A stretch of 64,000 nucleotides of DNA from Candidatus Hydrogenedentota bacterium. Its GTDB lineage: Bacteria > Hydrogenedentota > Hydrogenedentia > Hydrogenedentales > GCA-2746185. The stretch is from positions 26,285 through 90,284 of the forward strand of contig JAYGCN010000343.1 of assembly GCA_046583315.1 (NCBI GenBank), read 5' to 3'. Numbering within the stretch: position 1 is the first letter of the stretch; each line of letters opens with the position of its first letter. Both the position numbers and the translations under genes were made by a program. Of the stretch, positions 1 through 9,850 are shown piece after piece. The notes beneath the pieces are model-generated. The model made no database searches, had not been told where the DNA came from, and saw nothing but the letters and a program-made list of their open reading frames with translations.

Positions 1-60
1 GAGATTCCCGACAAGGAACGAGCGCGACTCGGCGAACATTTTCATCCGGAACTTGCTTAG
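1..60 (+). CDS. Possible 3' end of a CDS entering from the left edge (EIPDKERARLGEHFHPELA*)
   Basis: Frame 1 is open from base 1 to TAG at 58-60 and converges on the stop of the monooxygenase gene; too short to identify. Confidence 0.3.
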   Translation, partial: EIPDKERARLGEHFHPELA

Positions 61-84
61 CGTTCGTCGTTGAGGTCTTGCTCC

Positions 85-1308
85 CTATACATGTTGCGCA
101 AGGAAACGCTGCGTCTCGGCCGGATCTTCTATCCACGGAAAGGTGGATTGCGGATTATTGAACCCCTCCACGAATGCATTCCGTACAGCCTCCGATTGTT
201 GCGCCGCCATGAGAATTTGCACGATGTGAGGTGCCGGCGGCACGCCGAGTTGGACGTTAGTGAAACGAACGCCCCATTGCGCCCAATCCCAGAAATCCTC
301 GAAGGTTTGCTGCATCCAGTCCGAAGAGAATTCATCGTCCGCATGCTCAATAATTCGGCGTAGATATACCGAAGCCGCCATCGCCGCGCCATTGGCCCCG
401 CGACCCGTCACAGGATCGTTCAGCACGACCGCGTCGCCCATGCCGAGAACGTGCGCGCCGGACGGCAGTGTGGCAATGGGTGTTTTGACTGTCGGAGGAA
501 ATCGTCCCGTGAGCAAGGCCTTCGCGTCGGTCGGTTCGATGGCTTTGCATCGCTCGGCTTCCCAGGGCAGGAAGGCTTGCAACGTCGACTGTGCTTTTTC
601 AACATGTTCATCCAGACTCTGCACGCCGCCCCAGTCGTCCATCGGACCGCCCGGGGCTGCTTCAAACAGCATGATGTCGCATTCGCCGGTGGTCGTCAAT
701 GCGCGGAAGCAAAGATACTCACCAATTCCCGGCACCACGCTGAGTCCGCCCGTCGCTTCGTCGTCCCTGGGGGTCATGCCGTTGACAAACAAGAGCGTTA
801 GACCGCGCTGAGGTCTGTCGAAAGGTGAACGGGATGCGTCGCGCTGAAAAAGTTTGCCGAGGTCTCCTTTTCCCGCAGCGACGATAACGAGATCGCTCGT
901 TTCCGCATAGTGTTCCGCATCCTCGATCCCTGCTTCATGAATGATCAGTTTACCGCCGTGTTCCTCGAATTTTTTCATCCACACGGGAAACTTTACGCGC
1001 TGATCCAGAGATTGTGCGGGCTTGTCGAGTTTGGCGCACCAGTCGATAAGCGCAGAGCCGTCCGGGCCGACTCCGGTGACGCTGAGCGCATCCATCCAGG
1101 GGCATTCGTCGTCCCAAAAGTTGAGATCCAGGTCGCGCTCTGATTGTAGGCAGGGGTCGAACATGACCTGGCTCGACATAATGGAGCCATCATGAATATC
1201 TTCCGCCGTGCGATTGGATACAATGGTCACCTCGCAACCTTTATCGAGCAAGCCGAGTCCGAGTTGCAAGCCCGATTGGCCGGCCCCGATTATCGTTATT
1301 TTTCTCAT
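85..1308 (-). CDS. styA: Styrene/indole monooxygenase family flavoprotein (StyA-like epoxidase subunit)
   Basis: Starts MRKITIIGAGQSGLQLGLGL (GxGxxG FAD fold); SSQVMF, DQRVK and GDAVVLNDPVTGRGAN motifs typical of StyA/IifC; ATG at 1308 overlaps the upstream stop (ATGA). The extra N-terminus in the ORF track is read-through of the neighbour. Confidence 0.85.
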   Translation of the reverse strand: MRKITIIGAGQSGLQLGLGLLDKGCEVTIVSNRTAEDIHDGSIMSSQVMFDPCLQSERDLDLNFWDDECPWMDALSVTGVGPDGSALIDWCAKLDKPAQSLDQRVKFPVWMKKFEEHGGKLIIHEAGIEDAEHYAETSDLVIVAAGKGDLGKLFQRDASRSPFDRPQRGLTLLFVNGMTPRDDEATGGLSVVPGIGEYLCFRALTTTGECDIMLFEAAPGGPMDDWGGVQSLDEHVEKAQSTLQAFLPWEAERCKAIEPTDAKALLTGRFPPTVKTPIATLPSGAHVLGMGDAVVLNDPVTGRGANGAAMAASVYLRRIIEHADDEFSSDWMQQTFEDFWDWAQWGVRFTNVQLGVPPAPHIVQILMAAQQSEAVRNAFVEGFNNPQSTFPWIEDPAETQRFLAQHV

Positions 1309-1790
1309 TCGGCATCCTCTTCTTTTTGATTTCGCAAATCCGCGCGCGCGCCACGGAAGACGAAAACCATTGCCGTAATTACCGTGATGATGGCCGCTAC
1401 GAACAGAAGATACATCAGGCTGTTCGAGAGACCGCCTCCAAATTCCAGACCCCTTCCGCCGAATAGTGGACCGATCATCGAAGCGGATATATTGCCCCAC
1501 GACGTGATGATGAGTCCCCATCCGATCCATGCTTCGCCACGCGCAGTGAGCTTTAGCCTCGCGCCCGCCGCGCCAACAGCGATAAGCGTGAGTCCATTCA
1601 GAATCCCCTCGAGATGCGCCATGCGCCAACCCCGAACGTCTCCCGGCGGTGTCCAATCGATCGAGCCGGGAATAGGCCACAGCACCAGTTTTTCGATAAT
1701 GACAAAGGCGTAGGGGAATCCCGCGGCCATGCCCACCAGAAACACCAACGCGCCGTGCGCGATCATGGTCGATTGCATACGTGGACTCAT
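1305..1790 (-). CDS. styC: Styrene-oxide isomerase (StyC)-like membrane protein
   Basis: 161 aa, about 4 TM helices; HGALVFLVG, PGDVRGWRMAHLEGILNG and RGLEFG align by eye with StyC (HGILMIF, PGSPEGWARAHSGPALNG, RGLTFG); coupled to styA-like gene. Confidence 0.7.
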   Translation of the reverse strand: MSPRMQSTMIAHGALVFLVGMAAGFPYAFVIIEKLVLWPIPGSIDWTPPGDVRGWRMAHLEGILNGLTLIAVGAAGARLKLTARGEAWIGWGLIITSWGNISASMIGPLFGGRGLEFGGGLSNSLMYLLFVAAIITVITAMVFVFRGARADLRNQKEEDAE

Positions 1791-2066
1791 CAGGGCCTGC
1801 CTTTCGTTGTACGGTTGGATTAAGTAAGCGTGAAAAAATGCGCCGCATTCATGTCGAGCCAAGCAGTAGACATTCCTGCCAGTATACACATTCGACGAAG
1901 TTGCGCGAATCGCGTTCGATCGGCAGTCGCCACTCGATTGATAGTTTCCGAAACCAGCTTGATATTTGAATTCTCCTATCCACCGCGATTGCCTGCAATG
2001 TGCAGATGCCTATCTCCCGTGTCGTGCTGACAGGTCCCTATGTCTACACTATCGCGATACGAAAGG

Positions 2067-3440
2067 TTAGTCCAGAAGTGCTCTCATGGCGGGCATCAAC
2101 ACATCCTCTACTTCGGGTGCCACTTTTGAGGCGCCCGGACTGTCTTCGTAGCCTCCCTGCGTATAGTGTTCCTTCAGGCAAATGTAACCCGGTGCATATT
2201 CGCCATAGGCCGCCATCGCCACGAACAAGTCCGGACGCATTTCCTGGGCTGCCAACTGGTACTCCACGGCCAATTCGCCCGGCATGTGCAGAATACGTGC
2301 GGGCCCGAGTGTCAAACACGTGAGATCGATTTTGTCTCCCACCTGACTGCGCCGCAACCACACAAGATCTTTCGCAATTTCGTTGCGTTGCGCGGCGGGC
2401 AGGTTCTTGCTGTCCTTGAGTCGTGCCATCAATTCCTCCTCGTTCAGATGCCGCGCGATGGGTAGCGCCACAGGAAGTGTCTCCCAATCGACATCCTCGG
2501 CGGTAAGGGGATATTTCTTTGTTGCTTGATACGCTTCCGCCATACCCTCCGCCAGGCGAACGGCCAGTTTCTGGCGATTTTCGTGCGCGCCGTCGTTGTA
2601 CTTCCCCGCACCGATATTGCCCCCAGCTCCATTAAAATGAACGTGCGTGAGACCATTGTGCGTCGCTTGGCGCAGGAAACGCGCCATGCCCGGAAAATCG
2701 GGATTCGCGATTCCGGTCTGATAATAACTTTGTGGGTGGGTGGCGTAATACGTGAGCACGACCAGCGGTTTGTCCTCGTTCCAGAAACTGATCGACTTGA
2801 GCATCGGATCGATGATTCCCTCTGGCTCTGCACGCACGGCGGGATCGGCGGTTGCGGTGTAACGCACCACCCTCACTTTGCCATCATCCCCGAGAATTCG
2901 ACGATTCGAAGCGACCTTTTGAACCCTCGCCTCCCCAAGCCCCACGTGGGTAGCGACTTGTGCGTTTGCCATCGCCTCCTTCGCGGCATCCGCAACATTG
3001 GCGATCGTCTGTCGCGCGAAATCGACGTCAAACATCGTTCCCTGATATCCCTGTTCATCGAGCAATTCGACGGCACTGAAATCGCATACCGGCGCGTCGT
3101 GCTGATGCAGAGCGTGAACCGAAACACGCTGCGGAGACGTGTTGACCGCTTTGGCAATCGTTTCCCGCCATTCGTCATAGCCACCATTGCTGATGCCAAT
3201 CCAATCTACGGCGCACAAGACGATAGGATCGTCCTTGCCGAGCAGAACAATTCCCCGTGCCGTGAGTGGCATGCCCACCGCGTCGCAACGGTTATACGCC
3301 AAAGGACTGCCAACTGGCGGCGAAGCATCGACAACGAAGGTTCCCACTCGAAGCGGTGATTCACGTTCGACCGCCGACGCGGCAATGGAACAAGAGACAA
3401 CAATCAGCAGGCACAACGCGAGAGTAAGGTTAGATTTCAT
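2067..3440 (-). CDS. Secreted protein, neutral/alkaline ceramidase-like fold
   Basis: Signal peptide; VSVHALHQHDAP, YYATHP, FNGAGGNI, HMPGELAVEY, GYI...GGYE motifs of ceramidase-like metallo-amidohydrolases. Confidence 0.7.
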   Translation of the reverse strand: MKSNLTLALCLLIVVSCSIAASAVERESPLRVGTFVVDASPPVGSPLAYNRCDAVGMPLTARGIVLLGKDDPIVLCAVDWIGISNGGYDEWRETIAKAVNTSPQRVSVHALHQHDAPVCDFSAVELLDEQGYQGTMFDVDFARQTIANVADAAKEAMANAQVATHVGLGEARVQKVASNRRILGDDGKVRVVRYTATADPAVRAEPEGIIDPMLKSISFWNEDKPLVVLTYYATHPQSYYQTGIANPDFPGMARFLRQATHNGLTHVHFNGAGGNIGAGKYNDGAHENRQKLAVRLAEGMAEAYQATKKYPLTAEDVDWETLPVALPIARHLNEEELMARLKDSKNLPAAQRNEIAKDLVWLRRSQVGDKIDLTCLTLGPARILHMPGELAVEYQLAAQEMRPDLFVAMAAYGEYAPGYICLKEHYTQGGYEDSPGASKVAPEVEDVLMPAMRALLD

Positions 3441-3553
3441 CGTAGTTTAAAATTCCTGTAGGGTGTTGAGAGTCGACCGCGCGCTTTAGGCCGCGCATGA
3501 GGGCTACTGGTTTCGAAAATAGCACGCTTTAGCCGGAATTGCAACCGAGACTC

Positions 3554-3582
3554 TTGGACTTGCTAATACCAGACTGTATGAT
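3554..3582 (+). promoter_or_regulatory. Putative sigma70-type promoter of the DHDPS-family gene
   Basis: TTGGAC-N17-TATGAT, 22 nt before ATG 3605; AAGGA RBS follows. Confidence 0.45.
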
Positions 3583-3604
3583 GGCCGTATAAAGGATTTA
3601 AGCC

Positions 3605-4486
3605 ATGCGTGGTATCGTCACAGTTCTAAATACGCCGTTTACAACTACCGGGGACATTGATTTCAATGACCTGCGGCGTACTGTGGACGATGCCTTGGAA
3701 GCGGGCGTCGCGGGATTTCTCGTGGGCGGACTCGCCAGTGAAGTCGGTATGCTTTCGGAAGACGAACGAATTCGCGTGCTTGAGACCATTCTCGAATTGA
3801 ACGACGCGCGTACCCAGGTTATCGGGGGTGGTTTCGGAGAAACACAGGCCGATCGCGTTGCCGTCGCGCGCCGTCTCATCGATTGCGGATGCGAAGGCAT
3901 CATGGCCAGCCTGCCATTCACCGAGACAGCATCATTCGAATCGAATATCCGCGAGTTGGCCGACCTGCACCCGGGATTCTTGATGATTCAGGATTGGGAT
4001 CCCGAGGGTACCGGCATACCCCTTCCCGTGATCAAGCACCTCTTCGAGACGATTCCCGAATTCAAATGGTTGAAAATGGAGATCATCCCCGCCGGCCCGA
4101 AATATACCGAGGTATTGAACGCGACAAAGGGGCAACTGAAGGTCGCGGGAGGCTGGGCAGTCATGCAAATGATCGAGGCCCTCGATCGCGGTGTGCACGT
4201 CTTCATGCCCACGGCCATGTACCGCATCTATTGTTCAATCTACAGCCGTTACGCCGAGGGTGATCGGGAAAGTGCGCAGCATCTCTTCAACGAAATTCTT
4301 CCAGTTCTCGCCTTCAGTAATCAGAATCTCGATATTTCCATTCAATTCTTCAAGCGACTTTTGGCAGCACAAGGCGTATTCCAAACGGATTCGGTGCGCA
4401 TTGAGTGTCCGCCCTTTGACGAGGCGCAACGGCGTATCGCCGACGAACTCATCGCCAGAGTGATCGCCATCGAGGCTGAGTTGTAA
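3605..4486 (+). CDS. Dihydrodipicolinate synthase/N-acetylneuraminate lyase family protein (2-keto-3-deoxy-sugar-acid dehydratase-like)
   Basis: GIVTVLNTPF, Schiff-base Lys in WLKME, MIQD in place of the canonical Tyr, GGLASE in place of GTTGE. Confidence 0.8.
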   Translation: MRGIVTVLNTPFTTTGDIDFNDLRRTVDDALEAGVAGFLVGGLASEVGMLSEDERIRVLETILELNDARTQVIGGGFGETQADRVAVARRLIDCGCEGIMASLPFTETASFESNIRELADLHPGFLMIQDWDPEGTGIPLPVIKHLFETIPEFKWLKMEIIPAGPKYTEVLNATKGQLKVAGGWAVMQMIEALDRGVHVFMPTAMYRIYCSIYSRYAEGDRESAQHLFNEILPVLAFSNQNLDISIQFFKRLLAAQGVFQTDSVRIECPPFDEAQRRIADELIARVIAIEAEL

Positions 4487-4505
4487 GAGCTCCGATGCTT
4501 GACCC

Positions 4506-5435
4506 TTAGCGAAAAAGTGGATTGGAGGTCGCGGGTTGCGCGCCGCCCATCGCCCCGTAGCCTCCGCCATGCCCGACCGGATTCCGCCCGACCCAACGCG
4601 CATCGATGGGCTCGCCTGCAGGCTGGAATCGCGTGTCCACCGACAATCGAACGCGTCCGGCAGGAGACCGGTTGTCCAGGCTTCCATGCAACATGAACAT
4701 CGGGAAAATGACCACGTCACCCGCCCGGAATTCCGCTGTGAGCAGTCGCGAATCCCGTTCGCGCACCAGCGATACCGGATCGAGCGTGATATGACCCTGT
4801 CGGGTTTTGTCTTTGTCCACATCGAAACCGCGATACTCAGAAATCATGTCTTCCCAGAGGTGTGACCCTTCTACCAGTGCCAAAGGTCCGTCGTCCAGCC
4901 CGACATCCCCCAAAGGAGTCCATACCGTCAGGAGTCGCTCCGATCCCCGATTCATGTACACATGATCGAAATGATAGGCGGACGCGCGACCCGGGTGCAT
5001 TGTGCGCATCCACAAGAAATCGAAGGCCCGAATATCGCTATCAAACAGGTCGCGCATGATTGAAACGATCGCCCCAGAATGGCTGACGTCCCGAACTTCA
5101 GGACACTCGCACAACCTTTGCCAAAACGCCCCGAGATCGTCGACTACTTCTCCACGCCGACTCGTTCCGGTCGATATCCCCTCAAGGAACGGTTCTTCGA
5201 TCTCCCCGACCGATGCGAGCCTGGACAACACAACAGCGCGCGCCTCCATCACCCGGTCGCGATCCAGTGCACCTCGCAGGAACAAATATCCATCATCGAG
5301 GAGTCGTCTATTTAGTTCCGTCGCATTTTCGATTGAATCCGCGCTGTTGCGTAGCGGGCCAAGCAGTGTTTCAGAAACGGGCTGCTCATGGGCCGAAAGG
5401 GTATTGGGGATAATCATATTCATCTTCTTTAGCAT
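4506..5435 (-). CDS. Phytanoyl-CoA dioxygenase (PhyH) family Fe(II)/2-oxoglutarate oxygenase
   Basis: DGYLFLRG, HFD facial-triad motif, TVWTPLGD, GDVVIF...HGS...R. Confidence 0.85.
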   Translation of the reverse strand: MLKKMNMIIPNTLSAHEQPVSETLLGPLRNSADSIENATELNRRLLDDGYLFLRGALDRDRVMEARAVVLSRLASVGEIEEPFLEGISTGTSRRGEVVDDLGAFWQRLCECPEVRDVSHSGAIVSIMRDLFDSDIRAFDFLWMRTMHPGRASAYHFDHVYMNRGSERLLTVWTPLGDVGLDDGPLALVEGSHLWEDMISEYRGFDVDKDKTRQGHITLDPVSLVRERDSRLLTAEFRAGDVVIFPMFMLHGSLDNRSPAGRVRLSVDTRFQPAGEPIDARWVGRNPVGHGGGYGAMGGAQPATSNPLFR

Positions 5436-5514
5436 TTGGAGACTATCCCATGTAGAATAACACGATACCGCATCTCATGTAACCACAGAACAACTTCAAT
5501 AAAGGTTTCACTCA

Positions 5515-7851
5515 ATGCGCTTGACCACTCTTCTGATGTTGTTCCTCGTCGCTCTTGATGCCGACGCACAGAAAATTGACCTGAGCAACGCGAGCATTGT
5601 AGTCCGCCCAGGAGATTTGCCGCTGGCAGAACAAGCAGCCGGCGTTGTGTTGCAAGAAGAGATCGAAAAACGAAGCGGGATTCGCCTACCTATTTCCGGG
5701 AGTTGGCCTGACCAGGGATCGGGTATCGCAATCTCCTCCACCGAAAACGTCCCAGCCTGGAACAAAGAACTTCCCGCATTCACTGAACGAAATGCCGAGG
5801 GCTATCGTCTTTATGCGGATGCAGACGACAACATCTGGATACTCGGTGCCGATGCGCGCGGCACGTTGTATGGAGTCGGTGATTTGTTACGGAATCTGGA
5901 GTGGGGGAAAGGCGTCGTTTCGTTATCAGCCCCCATCGACCGCCACACAGCCCCGGCCTACCCGATTCGAGGCCACCAGCTCGGATTTCGCCATCGTGCC
6001 AATTCCTGGGATGCCTGGACACCCGAACAGTTCGACCAATACATGCGCGAGCTCGCATTTTTTGGTGTCAACAGCATCGAGAACATTCCCTTCGAGGATG
6101 AGCGGGAAGGCCCGCTGATGAAGGTGACACGCCGTGAGATGAATCAAAAATTGAGCGAAATCTGCGCACGTTACGGCATGGATTATTGGGTGTGGACACC
6201 CGCGGACTACGACCTCACCGATACGGATGCGCGCGCCGCGGCACTCGACAAACATGAACAACTCTACCAGGATTGCGAAGAATTGACCGGCGTATTTTTT
6301 CCGGGCGGCGATCCTGGTCACAACCCACCGGAGCTCGTGCTCCCCTTTCTGGAGGACATCTCAAAACGACTGAGTCAGTATCACCCGGATGCACGGGTGT
6401 GGTTGTCCCTTCAATGGTTCAACAAGAAGCAAATTGCCTACATCTACGATTTTCTCGAAACGGAATCGCCGGACTGGCTCGGCGGACTCGTTGCCGGGCC
6501 ATCGTCTCCCCGGATTCCAGAGACACGTCGACGCCTTCCCGCAAAGTACAAATATCGCCTCTATCCCGACATCACGCACAACAAGATCTGCCAATATCCC
6601 GTGCCATGGTGGGACCAGGCCTATGCATTGACGCTCGGTCGCGAAGCCATCAATCCGCGTCCGGCACAATACACCCAAATCCACAATTGGTTCGCCCCGC
6701 ACAGCGACGGATTCATTTCCTATTCAGACGGCGTACACGACGACGTGAACAAATCCATCTGGAGCGCGCTCGGCTGGGATCCTTCACGGAAACCACGCGA
6801 GACACTCGTAGAATATTGTCGAGTCTTTTTCGGCCCCGACGTTGCAGAAGCGGCCGCGGACGGAATACTGGCCCTGGAAAACAATTGGCGCGGCTCATTG
6901 ATCGATAACGGTGCCGTCGAGAGTACGCTCCTGCTCTGGCAGAAGCTCGAAGAGGCTCATCCCGAGCTCGACGACAACTGGCGCTGGCAAATGAATCAGG
7001 TGCGCGCGGTTTTCGATGCCTATTTGCGCCACCGACTCATTCATGAAACACGCCTGGAACAAGAAGTGAACGCCATCCTCCGTCGAACTGAGCTGTTCGG
7101 ATCTCAGGCATCCATGCAGGCGGCTCTGGATAAGCTGAACGAAGTCAAAACGCAGCCAGAGAGCGTCGACCTGCGAGACCGCATCTTCGAACTCTGCGAG
7201 AAACTGTTTCAATCGATTCAACTACAGACGAGCGTGCCGAAATATCAGGCGAGCGGTGCCGAGCGTGGGGCATTCCTCGATTTCGTTGATTATCCGATGA
7301 ACAACCGCTGGTGGCTCGAAGATCAATTCGCAAAAATCGCCGAGATGAATACAGAGGCCGAGAAAAATGCACGATTGTTGGTCATCGCCAACTGGGAAAA
7401 CCCTGGACTTGGCAGTTACTACGACGACATCGGAAACACTGCAAAATCGAATCACGTATGGCACAGCGACGTCGTCGTGACACAGCCGGGTGAAGAAGTA
7501 AATCCGGAGCCGACGCTGTGGTGGTGGGACAACGGCATGAGCCGCGAACGTTTGAGTTTTCAATCCAGCATGGGCTGGCCCAAAGCGGTGGTCTACGAAG
7601 GCCTCGACACCAACGCAAACTACATCATACGTACGACCGGTTACGGCCAAGCCCTATTGAAAATGGATGGCCAGCCGGCATCACCCTCGATCAACGGAAC
7701 GGGTATCGGCGAATTCAAAGACTTCCCCGTTCCCACGGAGCTGATTCAGGATCGCGAACTCATTATCACCTGGGATCGCCCCACCAACGAAGGGCACCTA
7801 AACTGGCGGCAGCACTCGCGCGTTTCGGAGATCTGGCTATTGAAGCACTAG
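5515..7851 (+). CDS. Large secreted protein, putative glycoside hydrolase (GH20/GH67-type N-terminal domain)
   Basis: Signal peptide; EGYRL...ILGADARGTLYGV...P.YPIRG pattern of GH20b/GH67N domains followed by a probable barrel domain. Confidence 0.6.
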   Translation: MRLTTLLMLFLVALDADAQKIDLSNASIVVRPGDLPLAEQAAGVVLQEEIEKRSGIRLPISGSWPDQGSGIAISSTENVPAWNKELPAFTERNAEGYRLYADADDNIWILGADARGTLYGVGDLLRNLEWGKGVVSLSAPIDRHTAPAYPIRGHQLGFRHRANSWDAWTPEQFDQYMRELAFFGVNSIENIPFEDEREGPLMKVTRREMNQKLSEICARYGMDYWVWTPADYDLTDTDARAAALDKHEQLYQDCEELTGVFFPGGDPGHNPPELVLPFLEDISKRLSQYHPDARVWLSLQWFNKKQIAYIYDFLETESPDWLGGLVAGPSSPRIPETRRRLPAKYKYRLYPDITHNKICQYPVPWWDQAYALTLGREAINPRPAQYTQIHNWFAPHSDGFISYSDGVHDDVNKSIWSALGWDPSRKPRETLVEYCRVFFGPDVAEAAADGILALENNWRGSLIDNGAVESTLLLWQKLEEAHPELDDNWRWQMNQVRAVFDAYLRHRLIHETRLEQEVNAILRRTELFGSQASMQAALDKLNEVKTQPESVDLRDRIFELCEKLFQSIQLQTSVPKYQASGAERGAFLDFVDYPMNNRWWLEDQFAKIAEMNTEAEKNARLLVIANWENPGLGSYYDDIGNTAKSNHVWHSDVVVTQPGEEVNPEPTLWWWDNGMSRERLSFQSSMGWPKAVVYEGLDTNANYIIRTTGYGQALLKMDGQPASPSINGTGIGEFKDFPVPTELIQDRELIITWDRPTNEGHLNWRQHSRVSEIWLLKH

Positions 7852-8546
7852 CGGAAAAAGTCGACTATCCAGCGGGCCATTCGCTCGTTGTCGACTGCCA
7901 CTTTCAAGGAATTGATACCCTCGTCGACCAGTTGGTCACCCAATTGTTCTCGGCGCAACGAGAAAAGATTTCGCGAATACTCCGGGCTGAATTCTGGATG
8001 TCCCTGAATCGTCAGAATGTGATCCCCAACCCGACACATGGCCACGGGACACTTTTCGCTGCCCGCCAATGTCACACTGCCGATCGCCGGAACCACCACC
8101 TGATCCTGATGGCTGCAGATCACGTCGAATCCTTCGGTCAGACCCGTTAGTGCGAGGCCTTCGTCATTCAGCGCATGACGTTGTACGCCGATCAGCCAGC
8201 CCTCCGATGATTTTTCCGTACGCCCGCCCAAAACATGCGCCACCAATTGATGGCCGAAGCAAATACCAATCAACTTTTTCTTACGTCGATGCAATTTCTG
8301 AACGAATCGTCCCAGACGACGTATCCATTCCTCGTCATCATAAACGCTCGCTTTGCTGCCGGTAATCAGATACGCATCCACTTCATCAACATCATCCGGA
8401 TACTCAAGACGCAGCACATCATATCCCACACATTCGATGGTGGCATCTACTTCGTGCAGTAGCCTGCCAAACATATCCGGATACTCCCCGAAATCATCGA
8501 CCAACGATTCCCGAACATCATCCGTTTTTAGTATTCCAATCTTCAC
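7848..8546 (-). CDS. Class I glutamine amidotransferase (GMP synthase-like, standalone)
   Basis: ITGS, GICFGHQ (catalytic Cys), QGHPEF (His-Glu); GTG start after AGGGG RBS. Confidence 0.85.
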   Translation of the reverse strand: MKIGILKTDDVRESLVDDFGEYPDMFGRLLHEVDATIECVGYDVLRLEYPDDVDEVDAYLITGSKASVYDDEEWIRRLGRFVQKLHRRKKKLIGICFGHQLVAHVLGGRTEKSSEGWLIGVQRHALNDEGLALTGLTEGFDVICSHQDQVVVPAIGSVTLAGSEKCPVAMCRVGDHILTIQGHPEFSPEYSRNLFSLRREQLGDQLVDEGINSLKVAVDNERMARWIVDFFR

Positions 8547-8572
8547 AATATCCCCTGTCGAAAAATCGACCC

Positions 8573-9397
8573 CTAGTAAGGGTGGTCGCCCAAAATAACG
8601 GACCGCTCCAGTTTGCGATGCCCCGGGAAAAAGTCGTTCACCGGTTTGTGCTGCGTCGACCGATTGTCCCAAATCGCTATCGAGTTGGGTTCCCACGAAA
8701 AACGATAGGTGTATTCGTCGGTCGTTACGTGCTTGAACAAAAAGGACAGTATCGCGTCGCTCTCGTTCAGTTCCAAACCAACGATGTTCTTCGTAAACAA
8801 CTCGTTTACAAAAATTACCTTCTTGCCCGTTTCCGGATGCGCCTGAATGACCGGGTGCTCAACCGGAGGATTATCCAGCAAGGCCTGCTTGAGGCGTTCT
8901 TCACCGCCCGGTTCCGCCAGACTTTCCCGAAACCCGTAGCGAAAATCATGGACCGCCGTTAAGGCATCCAGAAACTCCTGCATGACCTCCGATAAACCCT
9001 CATACGCCGCCGTCATGCTCGAGAAAAGCGTGTCGCCGCCTTTGGGAGGCGTGATGCGCGATCGCAGAACCGTTCCCACGGGCGGATGCTGGCGAAAGGT
9101 CATATCCGAATGCCAGGTGTCGATTTTCGAAGGCACTTCAGGCGTACTTTCCAGAATCATGATCTCTGGAAACCCCTCTACCGACGGATAAGCCGGGTGA
9201 AAATCCAGCGGACCAAACAATTCCGCCAACGCTTTATGCTGGGCAGGCTGTAGATCCTGATCCCTGAAAAATATGACCTGATGTTCCAACAACAATGAGC
9301 GGATTTCGTTGCCGATTGATTCCGTGATAAATTGCGTTAGATCAATTCCACGGATCTCCGCACCGATTGTTCCTGCAAGCAACTTTACCTCTGCCAT
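8573..9397 (-). CDS. TauD/TfdA family 2-oxoglutarate-dependent dioxygenase
   Basis: IGAEIRGIDL, VIFFRDQ, WHSDMTF (HxD), GGDTLF, HPETG, WDNRSTQH. Confidence 0.9.
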   Translation of the reverse strand: MAEVKLLAGTIGAEIRGIDLTQFITESIGNEIRSLLLEHQVIFFRDQDLQPAQHKALAELFGPLDFHPAYPSVEGFPEIMILESTPEVPSKIDTWHSDMTFRQHPPVGTVLRSRITPPKGGDTLFSSMTAAYEGLSEVMQEFLDALTAVHDFRYGFRESLAEPGGEERLKQALLDNPPVEHPVIQAHPETGKKVIFVNELFTKNIVGLELNESDAILSFLFKHVTTDEYTYRFSWEPNSIAIWDNRSTQHKPVNDFFPGHRKLERSVILGDHPY

Positions 9398-9775
9398 TTC
9401 GCGATTTCCTGTCATGAATTGTTCGCGCTACTGTTTATTGAATACCGCTTCTCTCTTTTCCAGAAAAGCCTACGCACCTTCTCATACGCCCTCCGGAAAA
9501 TACCCCTTTTGTGAACCTTTCATCCGAAGCGGCACGATGAATCGTATATTCTCGCACTTCCGCACCAGTATATCCTAGCCCTTTTTCGAATTCAGCGCGG
9601 CCCCATCCTGAAATTGCGACACATGTATTCGAGACAAAAGTGCACTGCTGTGCTCTGAACGAACCCAAAATCTCAACAATTACGCGATTTAGCCGGATCG
9701 TGAGCACCCTGAAAGTTGTCACGATCGAGATCTTTAACAGCAGATCAGCTCAGAACGGAATACGTCCAAAAAAAC

Positions 9776-9793
9776 ATTGGACTTTAGTCCAAT
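9776..9793. promoter_or_regulatory. Perfect palindrome, candidate transcription-factor operator
   Basis: ATTGGACT-TT-AGTCCAAT in the ~450-bp intergenic region upstream of the TauD-like gene. Confidence 0.35.
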
Positions 9794-9850
9794 ACGATGA
9801 ATGCCCGATTGGATCCCCGTTTTCGATGCACGACTTCCACACACAACCCA

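Noticed and set aside
85..1848. 587-aa ORF as a single long monooxygenase or fusion
   Set aside because: The first ~180 codons are an alternative frame of the styC-like gene. The FAD-binding motif starts at ATG 1308, with ATGA coupling.
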